38,669 nt of DNA. Source: Candidatus Sumerlaeia bacterium. Lineage in GTDB: Bacteria; Sumerlaeota; Sumerlaeia; SLMS01. The translations under genes and the position numbers were made by a program. The notes beneath the pieces are model-generated. The model was not told where the DNA came from and made no database searches. It was given only the letters and a program-made list of their open reading frames with translations. Positions 19,499-28,345 of the stretch are shown one piece after another (position 1 is the stretch's first letter; every line of letters begins with the position of its first letter). The stretch spans positions 1-38,669 of the forward strand of contig JBBQYG010000017.1 in assembly GCA_038208905.1 (NCBI GenBank), written 5' to 3'.

Positions 19499-20850
19499 AA
19501 AGTTCATCCCTGCTTTTGCGTATTCTTTCCCTCATCCCTCATCGCTTATCGCTTTTTTTATTCCTCCTCACCCCTAATCCCTCCTCCCTTTCTGCCGAGC
19601 CCTATCTTTCCGGCGGCACCGTGCCTTTTACTGCGGAGCAGCAGGCTGTTCTGGATCGCCATCGCGAGATTCTCTCTCTTGGCGTAAATCGCGACTGGCT
19701 CGCGGAGAGCCATATCGATATCGACGCCTACATGGGCGCGCTGGATTTGATCGCCGAATCAGTGAAGCGCGGCGAGGTTCCCGGCGCCGTGGTGCTGGTT
19801 GATCGCTATGGCACCAAGGTGTTCCCTGCCGCGGTGGGTTACCTGATGACAGACCCCCAGCCCTGGAAAGCAAAGTATGACACGCAGTACTACTTGCAGG
19901 ACCTTACCGGCCCCGTCGCGACGGTGCCGCTCATCGTCAAGCTGTGGTCCGAAGGGAAGCTGTCGATCAGCGAGAGGGTCGAGCGCCGCCTGCCGGAGCT
20001 GGCGGGATCGCCGCTTGGAGCCCTGCGCATCGAGTCGTTGATGAGGCACACCTCCGGCCTCCCGGAAAATTACGACTCCGAGCCATTCATGTCCGACGAG
20101 GAGATGTTCGCCGCCCTCGCGAAGATTCCGCTCGAGACACCGGGCACGGCAGTTCGCAAAAGCCCGCTGAACTTCCTCGTCCTGGGGCTGATCGCGGAGC
20201 GAGCGGGCGGAAAGCCGCTGGAGACGCAGGCGCAGGAATCGTTTCCGCTCTACTTCCGCGACGGCCTACTCACCTACCGGGCCAATCCGGCCCGGCGTCA
20301 GTACATCGCCCCGGGCGAGTATAGCAGCGCCATCGGTCGCCTAGCCTGGGCCGAGCCGACGGACCCATTCGGAATCCACAAGGTTCCCAATGCCGGGCAT
20401 ACTGGCCTGATCGCCTCGGCGGACGAAATCTCGGTTCCCGCGCGTGCTCTGCTCGCGATGGCGGAGGTGAGGTTGAAGGCGGCGGATTTCTTTACGACCG
20501 GGCCCCTGGTGGAAGTCCTTCTCCCCGACCGAAACATTTCAGGCGGAGAGTCTATGGGTCTGGGTTACGAGGTGGGGCGCTTCGGGCCGACGAGCTTTGG
20601 CTGGGACAGCCCCGCGGGGTGCAGCATCTGGCTCCTGCCCGAGCAACGGGGCTTCATTGTCTATCTGAGCAACCGCGACCACCCAGCGGGCGTGGGCGTG
20701 GACCGACCCGACCCGCGGGATGTGGCGCTTCCCCTGCTCGCGCGGGCGCTGGGTTGGGTCGGTAGCCCTGTTGACACGCCATCGGAGGGGCTGCACCCTA
20801 ACGAGCCTTTACCCACGCGCCCGCCGGATTCCCCCCCCGCCGTCCCATGA
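19471..20850 (+). CDS. Secreted beta-lactamase/serine-hydrolase-fold protein (AmiE/YbbE-like) with degenerate active site
   Basis: PGAVVLV, HTSGLP, AGHTGL and SIWLLP..LSNRDHP scaffold motifs. The SxxK position reads DLTG. The start may be TTG 19516 because ATG 19471 lies inside the hairpin loop. Confidence 0.8.
   Translation: MPKPAHPVPQSSSLLLRILSLIPHRLSLFLFLLTPNPSSLSAEPYLSGGTVPFTAEQQAVLDRHREILSLGVNRDWLAESHIDIDAYMGALDLIAESVKRGEVPGAVVLVDRYGTKVFPAAVGYLMTDPQPWKAKYDTQYYLQDLTGPVATVPLIVKLWSEGKLSISERVERRLPELAGSPLGALRIESLMRHTSGLPENYDSEPFMSDEEMFAALAKIPLETPGTAVRKSPLNFLVLGLIAERAGGKPLETQAQESFPLYFRDGLLTYRANPARRQYIAPGEYSSAIGRLAWAEPTDPFGIHKVPNAGHTGLIASADEISVPARALLAMAEVRLKAADFFTTGPLVEVLLPDRNISGGESMGLGYEVGRFGPTSFGWDSPAGCSIWLLPEQRGFIVYLSNRDHPAGVGVDRPDPRDVALPLLARALGWVGSPVDTPSEGLHPNEPLPTRPPDSPPAVP
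19524..19594 (+). repeat. Degenerate heptamer tandem repeats (CTYATCS-like) within the signal-peptide coding region
   Basis: ctcatcc-ctcatcg-cttatcg (19531-19551) and ctcaccc-ctaatcc-ctcctcc (19567-19587). Confidence 0.65.
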
Positions 20851-21650
20851 TCCAGATAATTGATCTCCATAAGGCGTTTGGTCCGAAGAAAGTTTTCGAA
20901 GGCCTGAACCTGTCGGTGCGCAAGGGCGAGGCCCACGTGGTAATCGGGCGCTCCGGCGAGGGTAAGAGCGTCCTGCTCAAGCATTTGGTTGGCCTCATGG
21001 AACAGGATCGCGGCGATGTGGTGGTGAACGGATTTCGGATGTTCTCCGACGCGCGCGCGCTGGAATACGTCCGCCGCCGCGTGGCGATGGTGTTCCAGAT
21101 GGCGGCGCTCTTCGATTCGCTGACGGTGTTCGAGAACGTTGGCTTTTTCTGGCTCGAGAACAAGGGAAAGACCCGTGGCGAACTGGAGCGGCTGGTGGCT
21201 GAGCTTCTGGACTTGGTGGACCTGCCGAACACCGAGCATCTGTATCCCGCGGAGCTTTCCGGTGGCATGAGGAAGCGTGTCGGCCTTGCGCGGGCGCTGG
21301 CCTGCGAGCCGGAGATCATCCTGTATGACGAACCCACGACGGGGCTGGATCCTGTGACGAGCGAGGTAATCAACGAGCTGATGGTCCGCGCGCGGGAACG
21401 CCAGCGCATGACATCGGTGATTATCACCCACGACATGAAGTCGGCATATAGGGTGGGCGACCGGATCAGTATGCTCTACGAGGGGCGTATCATTTTTACG
21501 GGTTCGGCGGACGAAGTGCGGAATTCCAACGACCCGATCGTGCATCAGTTTGTCAACGGCCTGGCGGTGGGCCCCATCACCGCCGGCGAGGACGAGCAAG
21601 TGCAGACCCGCGCCTCGATGGTTATCGACCGATCCAAGATTCACCTCTGA
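20847..21650 (+). CDS. mlaF: ABC transporter ATP-binding protein, MlaF/Mkl family
   Basis: Walker A GRSGEGKS, FQ.AALFDSLTVFENV, PAELSGGMRKRVGLARA, YDEPTTGLDP, THD and DPIVHQF. Lies next to an MCE gene. Confidence 0.9.
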   Translation: MIQIIDLHKAFGPKKVFEGLNLSVRKGEAHVVIGRSGEGKSVLLKHLVGLMEQDRGDVVVNGFRMFSDARALEYVRRRVAMVFQMAALFDSLTVFENVGFFWLENKGKTRGELERLVAELLDLVDLPNTEHLYPAELSGGMRKRVGLARALACEPEIILYDEPTTGLDPVTSEVINELMVRARERQRMTSVIITHDMKSAYRVGDRISMLYEGRIIFTGSADEVRNSNDPIVHQFVNGLAVGPITAGEDEQVQTRASMVIDRSKIHL

Positions 21651-21669
21651 GAGGATTCGACAGGAACAG

Positions 21670-22737
21670 ATGAAGGGACCTTCGTACAAGAACGAGATCG
21701 TAGTGGGCCTGTTCATCATCTTCGCCCTGGTTGTCTTCTTTGCGATGACCTTCATCATTCGCGGCAGCACCGGGGTCAGCCCCTACTACGTGAACACGGA
21801 GTTTGCGAATGTCTCGGGCCTCGAGATCGGTTCGCCCGTCCTCGTGCAGGGCTTCCGCGTGGGCCGCGTGATCGACATGACCGCGGGGATCGACAAGAAA
21901 GGCGAGGCGACGGTGGTTGTCACCTCCAAGGTCGCGCGAAAGATTCCCATCCACAAGGACGCCAGCGTGGCCTTGGTGCAGCAGGGTTTCATCGGCGACA
22001 AACGGCTGGAGATCGACCCGGGCACCAAGGAAGCTGGCGAAATTGAGAACTACGATACGGTCCGCTCGATTCCCCCCACCGACCTGACGGTTTTTCTGGC
22101 CGACGCCCAGGAGATGGTCGCCGATCTGAAGGCAACGCTGGCGAACACGCGCGCGCTGACGGAGGACAAGGACCGCATCGCCAAGATCGACGCGACGATC
22201 GCGAACATCGAAGAATCCACGGCGCGCCTTTCCGCCATCATCGAGGAGAATCGCGAGAGCATCCGCGACACCGTGGAGAATGTGGAGAAGCTTTCCGTCC
22301 GAACGCTGGAGATCGCCGACAAGACGGAGGCGAAGGTTCTCGCCATCGCCGAATCCACCGAGGCCCTGGTGAAGGAAATCCGCGAGACTCGCGAGGCCTT
22401 GGACAAGCGCGCGGCCAAGCTGATGGACAAGGCCGACACAATCGGCGAGAATACCAACATCCTGATGGTATCCACGCGCGAAGAGATCAAGGCTCTCTCT
22501 GACAAGCTCCTCCTTGCCACCGACAATATCAATGACATCCTTGGCCAAGTGAATCGCGGCCAAGGGACCATCGGCGCCTTGGTCAAGGATCCCCAGCCCT
22601 TCGACGAATTACAGGAGTCGATCACGGCGCTCCGCTCGCTACTCGTGCAGCAGCGAGGCGAGTATTTCTACGACACGAAGCTTGGATACGAGACCGCGCC
22701 CAGCCAGCCCCCCGCGACAACCGATGGCGTCAACTGA
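21670..22737 (+). CDS. mlaD: MlaD/MCE family protein with long helical C-terminal region
   Basis: EIVVGLF TM helix, F.NVSGL..GSPV.VQG.RVGRV, GFIGDKRLEIDPG, coiled coil and GQGTIGALV.D. Confidence 0.88.
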   Translation: MKGPSYKNEIVVGLFIIFALVVFFAMTFIIRGSTGVSPYYVNTEFANVSGLEIGSPVLVQGFRVGRVIDMTAGIDKKGEATVVVTSKVARKIPIHKDASVALVQQGFIGDKRLEIDPGTKEAGEIENYDTVRSIPPTDLTVFLADAQEMVADLKATLANTRALTEDKDRIAKIDATIANIEESTARLSAIIEENRESIRDTVENVEKLSVRTLEIADKTEAKVLAIAESTEALVKEIRETREALDKRAAKLMDKADTIGENTNILMVSTREEIKALSDKLLLATDNINDILGQVNRGQGTIGALVKDPQPFDELQESITALRSLLVQQRGEYFYDTKLGYETAPSQPPATTDGVN

Positions 22738-24391
22738 CGATCCGGCGGCGGGCGAGCCACTCCCCGCCACGCGACTTCGCGCGCCGCTCCTGATACTGGG
22801 GGCGGCGGTCTTCTTTCTTCATCTTCTCGTAACCGGCGGGCACCTCATGTCGCCGGACGAGGAACTTCTCTATCGCATGGCCGAGTCGATGGCGACGCGG
22901 GGCAGCAGCCAGATTGTTCCTCTTGAGGCCGACCTCGCGACGGGGGCGCTCCCCGAAGGCACGCCGCCGGGGATGACATTCGCAACGCGCGCCGGGAAGT
23001 TTGATGGCGTGTTCTATGCACAGTACCTCCCTCTGCAACCCGCGCTGGCCGTGCCATTCGTATGGCTCGCGCAGGCGACGGAGGGCGCCCTCGCGGCACC
23101 CTTCGCGGCGCGGATGTGGCCAAGCATGACGATGGGATACTTGTCGGGGCTTATGGCAGTTGACCACGAACGCGCGGTCTTTCGGCGCGGGCTACTGGTG
23201 ATGATCTTCAATCCGCTCGTCGGCGCGCTGTGCGCGGTGGTGCTCGCGCGTCTCGGGCGGCTCCTCACTGGAAGCCGGTCTGCTGGAATCGCGGCAGGCG
23301 CGGCTTGGGCGTTTGGCACGATTGCATGGCCCCATGCGCGGACGTTTTTTACCGAGCCGCTGGCGGGGCTCTTTGCTCTCGTTGCAATGGATCAGGTGAT
23401 TCGGTGGCACCTCGACCGGAGCGGCCGGGGCTGGCGCCACGCGCTCGCCGCGGGAGTCGCGCTGGCGCTCGGCAATTGGACGCGAGTCGATGCGCCGCTG
23501 ATCGTCCTTGGGATGATTCCCGCAATGGGCGTGCTGGCGATGTGGCGTTGGCTGAGAGGCGAGGTTTACGGCGCGGGATCGGCGGCCACGCCGATCGCGC
23601 AGGCGGTTGCGGCGGGTGGAATCGCGCTGGGCGGATGGCTGCTATTGCAGGGATTTAACGGGCTAAGATTCGGGGTCGATCTAACCTCTGGATACGGCGA
23701 CCAGAGCGAGGGCGTGAAGTTCACGACGCCACTGCTGGTGGGCCTGCACGGATTGTTGTTCTCGCCGGGCAAGGGGCTCTTCTTCTTCTCCCCCGCTCTG
23801 GTCCTTGGCGTCTGGGGATGGTGCCGAATTCCCGCGGCCTATCGGTGGATTCGCAATCTGGCGATTGCGAGTTACCTGCCGTTTTTCCTGGGAATGGCGA
23901 TGTGGCAGAATTGGGACGGCGGCTGGTGCTGGGGGCCGAGACACATCGTCCAGATCGGCCCGCCGATCATGCTGGGCGCGGTGTTCCTGTTTTGGGGCCC
24001 GGTTTCCTTCGCCGCGAGGATTTCGCGTTCCGCGATTCTGGCGGTTGCTGTGTTTGTCCAGATATACGGCAGCACTCAGAATCCGCTCGACTACTATCGC
24101 GAGTACTTCTCCACCTATCGCGACGGCACATATCATCGCGTTAACTTGACTCCGAATCAGTTGGCTTCGATCTCTGATCATTTCCTGCTGATCGCGATGG
24201 ATTCCGAGCGTCGCCCAATAGGCGAGACCGACCCACGCGCGTTTCCCGCACCGATGATCGATTCCATCTACCTCCCCCAGCACACCCAATGGGCGAGCTA
24301 TGCGGAGATGTGGCGTCTGGGCTATTGCGATTGGTTCTTCCTGAACGCGTTGCGCGGCGGACGGCCCATCGACGCGGAGGAATCGCCTTGA
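22724..24391 (+). CDS. GT-C-type (polyprenol-phosphate-sugar-dependent) membrane glycosyltransferase-like protein
   Basis: Acidic SPDEE motif after TM1, about 11 TM segments, FFTEPL, SPGKGLFFFSP and WDGGWCWGPRH. Confidence 0.7.
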   Translation: MASTDDPAAGEPLPATRLRAPLLILGAAVFFLHLLVTGGHLMSPDEELLYRMAESMATRGSSQIVPLEADLATGALPEGTPPGMTFATRAGKFDGVFYAQYLPLQPALAVPFVWLAQATEGALAAPFAARMWPSMTMGYLSGLMAVDHERAVFRRGLLVMIFNPLVGALCAVVLARLGRLLTGSRSAGIAAGAAWAFGTIAWPHARTFFTEPLAGLFALVAMDQVIRWHLDRSGRGWRHALAAGVALALGNWTRVDAPLIVLGMIPAMGVLAMWRWLRGEVYGAGSAATPIAQAVAAGGIALGGWLLLQGFNGLRFGVDLTSGYGDQSEGVKFTTPLLVGLHGLLFSPGKGLFFFSPALVLGVWGWCRIPAAYRWIRNLAIASYLPFFLGMAMWQNWDGGWCWGPRHIVQIGPPIMLGAVFLFWGPVSFAARISRSAILAVAVFVQIYGSTQNPLDYYREYFSTYRDGTYHRVNLTPNQLASISDHFLLIAMDSERRPIGETDPRAFPAPMIDSIYLPQHTQWASYAEMWRLGYCDWFFLNALRGGRPIDAEESP

Positions 24392-25905
24392 GCGAGCTGA
24401 AGAAGATCCGCGCCCGGCAGGCAATCCGATGGAGCGCCGGCTTGGCGCTCTTCCTCGTGCTCGGCGGCGCGCTGCGGTTGCTGTTGCTCCCGATCAATCA
24501 GGCTGAATACACAGACGGCATCATCCAGCTCAACCAGTTCTCCGAGTGGACGGGGATCTATCCGCCGCTCTACACGGCGGTGTGCTGGCCGCTCAGTTTT
24601 GTCATGGGACAGCTCTGGGCGGGGCGCCTTGTCAGCACGGTGTTCAGCACGCTCGGAGTGATCCCTCTCTATCTGCTTGCGCGGCGCAGCTTCGGCATGA
24701 GGGCGGCGATGTTTGCGGCGCTCGTCTATACGGTGGCTCCGGTGTCGCTCCGGTGGTCCCCCCGCGTGATGACGGATTCGATGTTTGCCTTCTTTTTCTG
24801 GTTCTCCATCGACCGCCTTCATCTCGCACAGGGCGCGCAGGACGAGAAGACGGCGAGCAAGGCTCTCTTTCATTCATGCCTCTGGGGCGGGCTGGCCGCG
24901 CTGACGCGATACCAGGGGCTCATGCTCGCCCCCCCGGTTGTCGTGATGGCTATCTACCTGAGGATGCATCGCGGCTTTCTTCCTTGGAAGGGCATGCTGG
25001 GACTGGCGTGCTTTCTGGCGGCTCCCGTTTGGAGTCATATCGTCGGCAACATCCACGGTGAGCAATTTGGCGAGCGCATGGCGTATCTCGGTCCGTGGAT
25101 GACCTTCCTGCTCACTTCGGAACCGTTCCTTCTCACGATGCCCTATTTCCTCACCTACCCAGTGGCCTTCCTGGCCCTGATCGGGATGATGGTTGGGCAG
25201 GCGCGCGATCGGTACATGATGACGCCGATCACTGTGTATACGCTCGCCGTGTTGCTGGTGGCACAGTCGCTGTTCGCCAGCTTTCAGGAGCGCTATTTCC
25301 TCCCCTTCTACGGCATTCTCTTCGTGTGGGCAGGTTTGGGCATGGCGGTGGTGGATGACCGCGCACGGCGTCGCTGGCCGCGCGTGCGATCCTATACGCC
25401 GATGCTCGTCACGATCTGGAGCCTGTTCATCGCGACGCTTGTCCTGCTTGGGAGTCGCGGCGCTTTCGGCGACATTGCCGCGGCGAGCCGATTCGTCCGG
25501 GGGATGGCGCGGCAGGAGGCGGGGCTCCGCGTCTATACGAACGAGATCTACCGCCGCGGGGCCAACGGCGCCCCAGACATCGCGGCGACGAAGGTCCGTT
25601 TCTTCTCCCGTCAGCCCGCGGAGCACCTGACTCCCGCGCACTATGCGGGGCGCGCAGCCGTGGAGACGGGCGCGGTGCTGGTGATCTCGGGCCGCGATGT
25701 GGCCGGAGAGAATCTTGCGGGCCTGATGCAGAAGTATACACTGGAGGAGATCGGCAGCTTTCGCAGCCACGTGACGCCGATCTTCCCCGACATCATGCAG
25801 GATCGCCAGATCGAGCAGAGCCCCATGGCGTGGCTATATCGCTATATGCCCCAGTCATTCGAGACAAAGGTGTACCGGGTATTAGGCACCCGCGGCGGGC
25901 CATGA
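24388..25905 (+). CDS. ArnT/PMT_2 (GT39/GT83-like) GT-C glycosyltransferase
   Basis: EYTD after TM1, YPPLY, GRLVS..S.L....YLLARR.FG..AA.FAA, MTDS, LAALTRYQG and QERYFLP. TTGA overlap with the previous gene. Confidence 0.82.
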   Translation: MSELKKIRARQAIRWSAGLALFLVLGGALRLLLLPINQAEYTDGIIQLNQFSEWTGIYPPLYTAVCWPLSFVMGQLWAGRLVSTVFSTLGVIPLYLLARRSFGMRAAMFAALVYTVAPVSLRWSPRVMTDSMFAFFFWFSIDRLHLAQGAQDEKTASKALFHSCLWGGLAALTRYQGLMLAPPVVVMAIYLRMHRGFLPWKGMLGLACFLAAPVWSHIVGNIHGEQFGERMAYLGPWMTFLLTSEPFLLTMPYFLTYPVAFLALIGMMVGQARDRYMMTPITVYTLAVLLVAQSLFASFQERYFLPFYGILFVWAGLGMAVVDDRARRRWPRVRSYTPMLVTIWSLFIATLVLLGSRGAFGDIAAASRFVRGMARQEAGLRVYTNEIYRRGANGAPDIAATKVRFFSRQPAEHLTPAHYAGRAAVETGAVLVISGRDVAGENLAGLMQKYTLEEIGSFRSHVTPIFPDIMQDRQIEQSPMAWLYRYMPQSFETKVYRVLGTRGGP

Positions 25906-27617
25906 TTCACGCGTGGGCGCGTCGCGCGGACCTCATTGCGATCGGGGCGCTCGCGATAGTCCTCTGCCTCGTTCCGTGGACAGGTTATGCCTGGGGCGAC
26001 GGGCTCGAATTCGTCGCCGTGTCGAGCCACCTAGGCATTGCTCATCCAACGGGTTATCCGCTGTTCACGCTGATTTCCTGGCTGTTCATCGAGGCAGTTC
26101 CCCTTTCGCCTTATCGGGCAGTCCTGCTTTTCTGTCGGCTCGCGATTCTCGGGACAGGTACATGCGTGATCCTGTCGGCGCGCGAGCTGTGGCGCCAGTT
26201 TGCCGTGGGTCGCGAGGACAGTCCGATTCCCTCGATCCTCGCCGTGGCGTTCTGCTTTTCCGGCCTCATGCTCGCTGGCGCGCGGATGGTGGAGGTCTAT
26301 GCGCTCAATGGATTCTTTCTTTCCCTGCTGATCCTGCTGTCACTGCGGAGTGCGAGTCGCGCGACGCTGCTCCTCGCGGGGGTAGCGATGGGGCTATCGG
26401 CCAGTCACCACCTTACTTCGCTCTGCATGGGGCCATTGGTGCTTCTCATTTTCCTGCGGGGATGTGCGGTTTCCGATTTACGATACTGGGCTATCGCTGG
26501 TGTCGTCGCGATGATTGCGATTCCAACGATTCTCTATGGAACCATGCCGCTGCGAATTCCGGAGGAGAGTGGATATGGAATCTTCTGGAATGAACCACGG
26601 GGAATTGTCGGCGTTGGCGCCATGATCCGGGGCGGCGAGTATCGCCAGTTTCAGTTCTTGATGGAGTCGCCCAACCGCGCATTTACCGCTGCGACTTATC
26701 TACCTTTTGCATGGAATCGAGTCGTTGGCCTGTCGGATTCCTTCGGGGGAATCTACTTCGGGAGAGGAGCCACGAGCTTCATATCGGGGCTAATGGTTCT
26801 GGCTGTGGTTGGCTATGGAATCGCCATCTCGGTCCGTCGGCGCGGCGCGAGGCCGTGGTCAATCTGCCTGATTGTCGCCGGCGTTCTTCAACTCGCATTC
26901 GTGTTCACTTACAATATCCCCGATATCGAGGACTACTTCCTGGGGGTCCATCTGGTCGCGTTTCCGTTCCTGCTGCTGGGGCTCGGCGTCGGCTTGCGCG
27001 GATTCGTCTCGCGGTGGGCAATGGATGCAGCGAAGGTTGATCGCGCGAGCCGCGTCCTTGCGGGGGCACTGGCGGTGGTGGCGCTGCTTTCCAGCTTTTC
27101 GGACCAGCAGGGCGACGCGAGGGCGATTCACCAGCTCTGGCGTGAGCGCCTCCTCGCCGCCCTGCCACAGGGCGCCGCCATCGTGACACGTGGCGACGCG
27201 GACACCTACACGATCTGGCACGAGCAGTTTGCCGAGAAGGAACGGCTGGATGTTCTCGCCTATGGCGCCAATTTTAGCCGCTTTCCTTGGTTCCGCATGA
27301 CAATGAATCCAAAAGATCCCCGGCGCGGCATGGTGGGATTTCGCCCCGGGCTTCCAAACTCGGCAAGGGAGTTTGTTGCCCTACTGGACGAGCTGGCGAT
27401 TAGTCCGCTGGTCTCCGGCGGGCCTGTCTATACGACGATCAACGACCCGGACGAGCTTGGGCTTCTGGCTGCGAAGTACGGTATTGTTCCGGCGGCGGAA
27501 CTCCTTACCGCGCCGGAGATTGAAGGCCTCCTCGCCTCGGGCTCCATTCAGATTGCTCCGCCGGTGCTCTACCGCATCGATACACGAATGCCCACCGCGC
27601 AGACGACCCTGCCATGA
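25902..27617 (+). CDS. DUF2723 / TMEM260-like membrane glycosyltransferase
   Basis: GDGLEF..LGIAHPTGYPLF, EVYALN, HHLT, DIEDYFL and GD.DTY.IW. ATGA overlaps at both ends. Confidence 0.85.
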   Translation: MIHAWARRADLIAIGALAIVLCLVPWTGYAWGDGLEFVAVSSHLGIAHPTGYPLFTLISWLFIEAVPLSPYRAVLLFCRLAILGTGTCVILSARELWRQFAVGREDSPIPSILAVAFCFSGLMLAGARMVEVYALNGFFLSLLILLSLRSASRATLLLAGVAMGLSASHHLTSLCMGPLVLLIFLRGCAVSDLRYWAIAGVVAMIAIPTILYGTMPLRIPEESGYGIFWNEPRGIVGVGAMIRGGEYRQFQFLMESPNRAFTAATYLPFAWNRVVGLSDSFGGIYFGRGATSFISGLMVLAVVGYGIAISVRRRGARPWSICLIVAGVLQLAFVFTYNIPDIEDYFLGVHLVAFPFLLLGLGVGLRGFVSRWAMDAAKVDRASRVLAGALAVVALLSSFSDQQGDARAIHQLWRERLLAALPQGAAIVTRGDADTYTIWHEQFAEKERLDVLAYGANFSRFPWFRMTMNPKDPRRGMVGFRPGLPNSAREFVALLDELAISPLVSGGPVYTTINDPDELGLLAAKYGIVPAAELLTAPEIEGLLASGSIQIAPPVLYRIDTRMPTAQTTLP

Positions 27618-28342
27618 CAGCCAAGAAGCCCAGATCCAGGCGCCGCCCACTGCTGAGCGTCATCGTGCCCGTGTACAATGAGCGGCGCACCATCGACGTA
27701 TTGCTTCAGAAGGTTCGCGCCGTGCCCATCGACAAGGAAATCATCGTAGTCGATGGCGCGAGCGAAGACGGCACAGTGGAACTCCTTCGCCTTGAGGAGA
27801 AGGTGCCGGGGACTCGCGTCTTCTACGAGGAGCGCCGCAGCGGCCGAGGCCACGCTCTCAAACTGGGCATCCGCAAGGCACGCGGCCACGTGGTGATTTT
27901 CCAGGACGCCGATTTGGAGCTGGATCCAAATGACTACCCGGCACTGCTGGCGCCGATCATTGCGCGAAAGGCCGACGTGGTCTTTGGCTCGCGCTTCCTG
28001 CGCGGACGCCCGCGCATGACGTTCCTGCAGTATTGGGGGAACAAGGCGGTGAACTGGGCGGTGAACATCCTTTTTCGCCGCGAGTTGCGCGGCTTCTGGC
28101 TGACCGATGTGGAGACCTGCTACCAAGTGTTCCGCCGCGAGTGCCTGGATGGTGTGGAGATCAAGGCCAACGACTTCGCGTTCACTGTGGAATTGACCGT
28201 CAGGCTGGTGAAGGAAGGCTACCGTCTGACGGAGATTCCCATCTCGTACTTTCCGCGCGGGCGCGCCGAGGGAAAGAAGGTCTATTGGGCCGATGGGTTC
28301 GCCGCGCTGTGGACGATTCTGGTACTCCGGCTGAAGGGATGA
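27614..28342 (+). CDS. GT2 glycosyltransferase, Dpm1/polyprenol-phosphate sugar synthase-like
   Basis: LSVIVPVYNE, VDGASEDGT, QDADLE.DP.DY, VFGSRF, TDVETCY and EIPISY.PR...GKK. Confidence 0.9.
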   Translation: MTAKKPRSRRRPLLSVIVPVYNERRTIDVLLQKVRAVPIDKEIIVVDGASEDGTVELLRLEEKVPGTRVFYEERRSGRGHALKLGIRKARGHVVIFQDADLELDPNDYPALLAPIIARKADVVFGSRFLRGRPRMTFLQYWGNKAVNWAVNILFRRELRGFWLTDVETCYQVFRRECLDGVEIKANDFAFTVELTVRLVKEGYRLTEIPISYFPRGRAEGKKVYWADGFAALWTILVLRLKG

Positions 28343-28345
28343 CCG

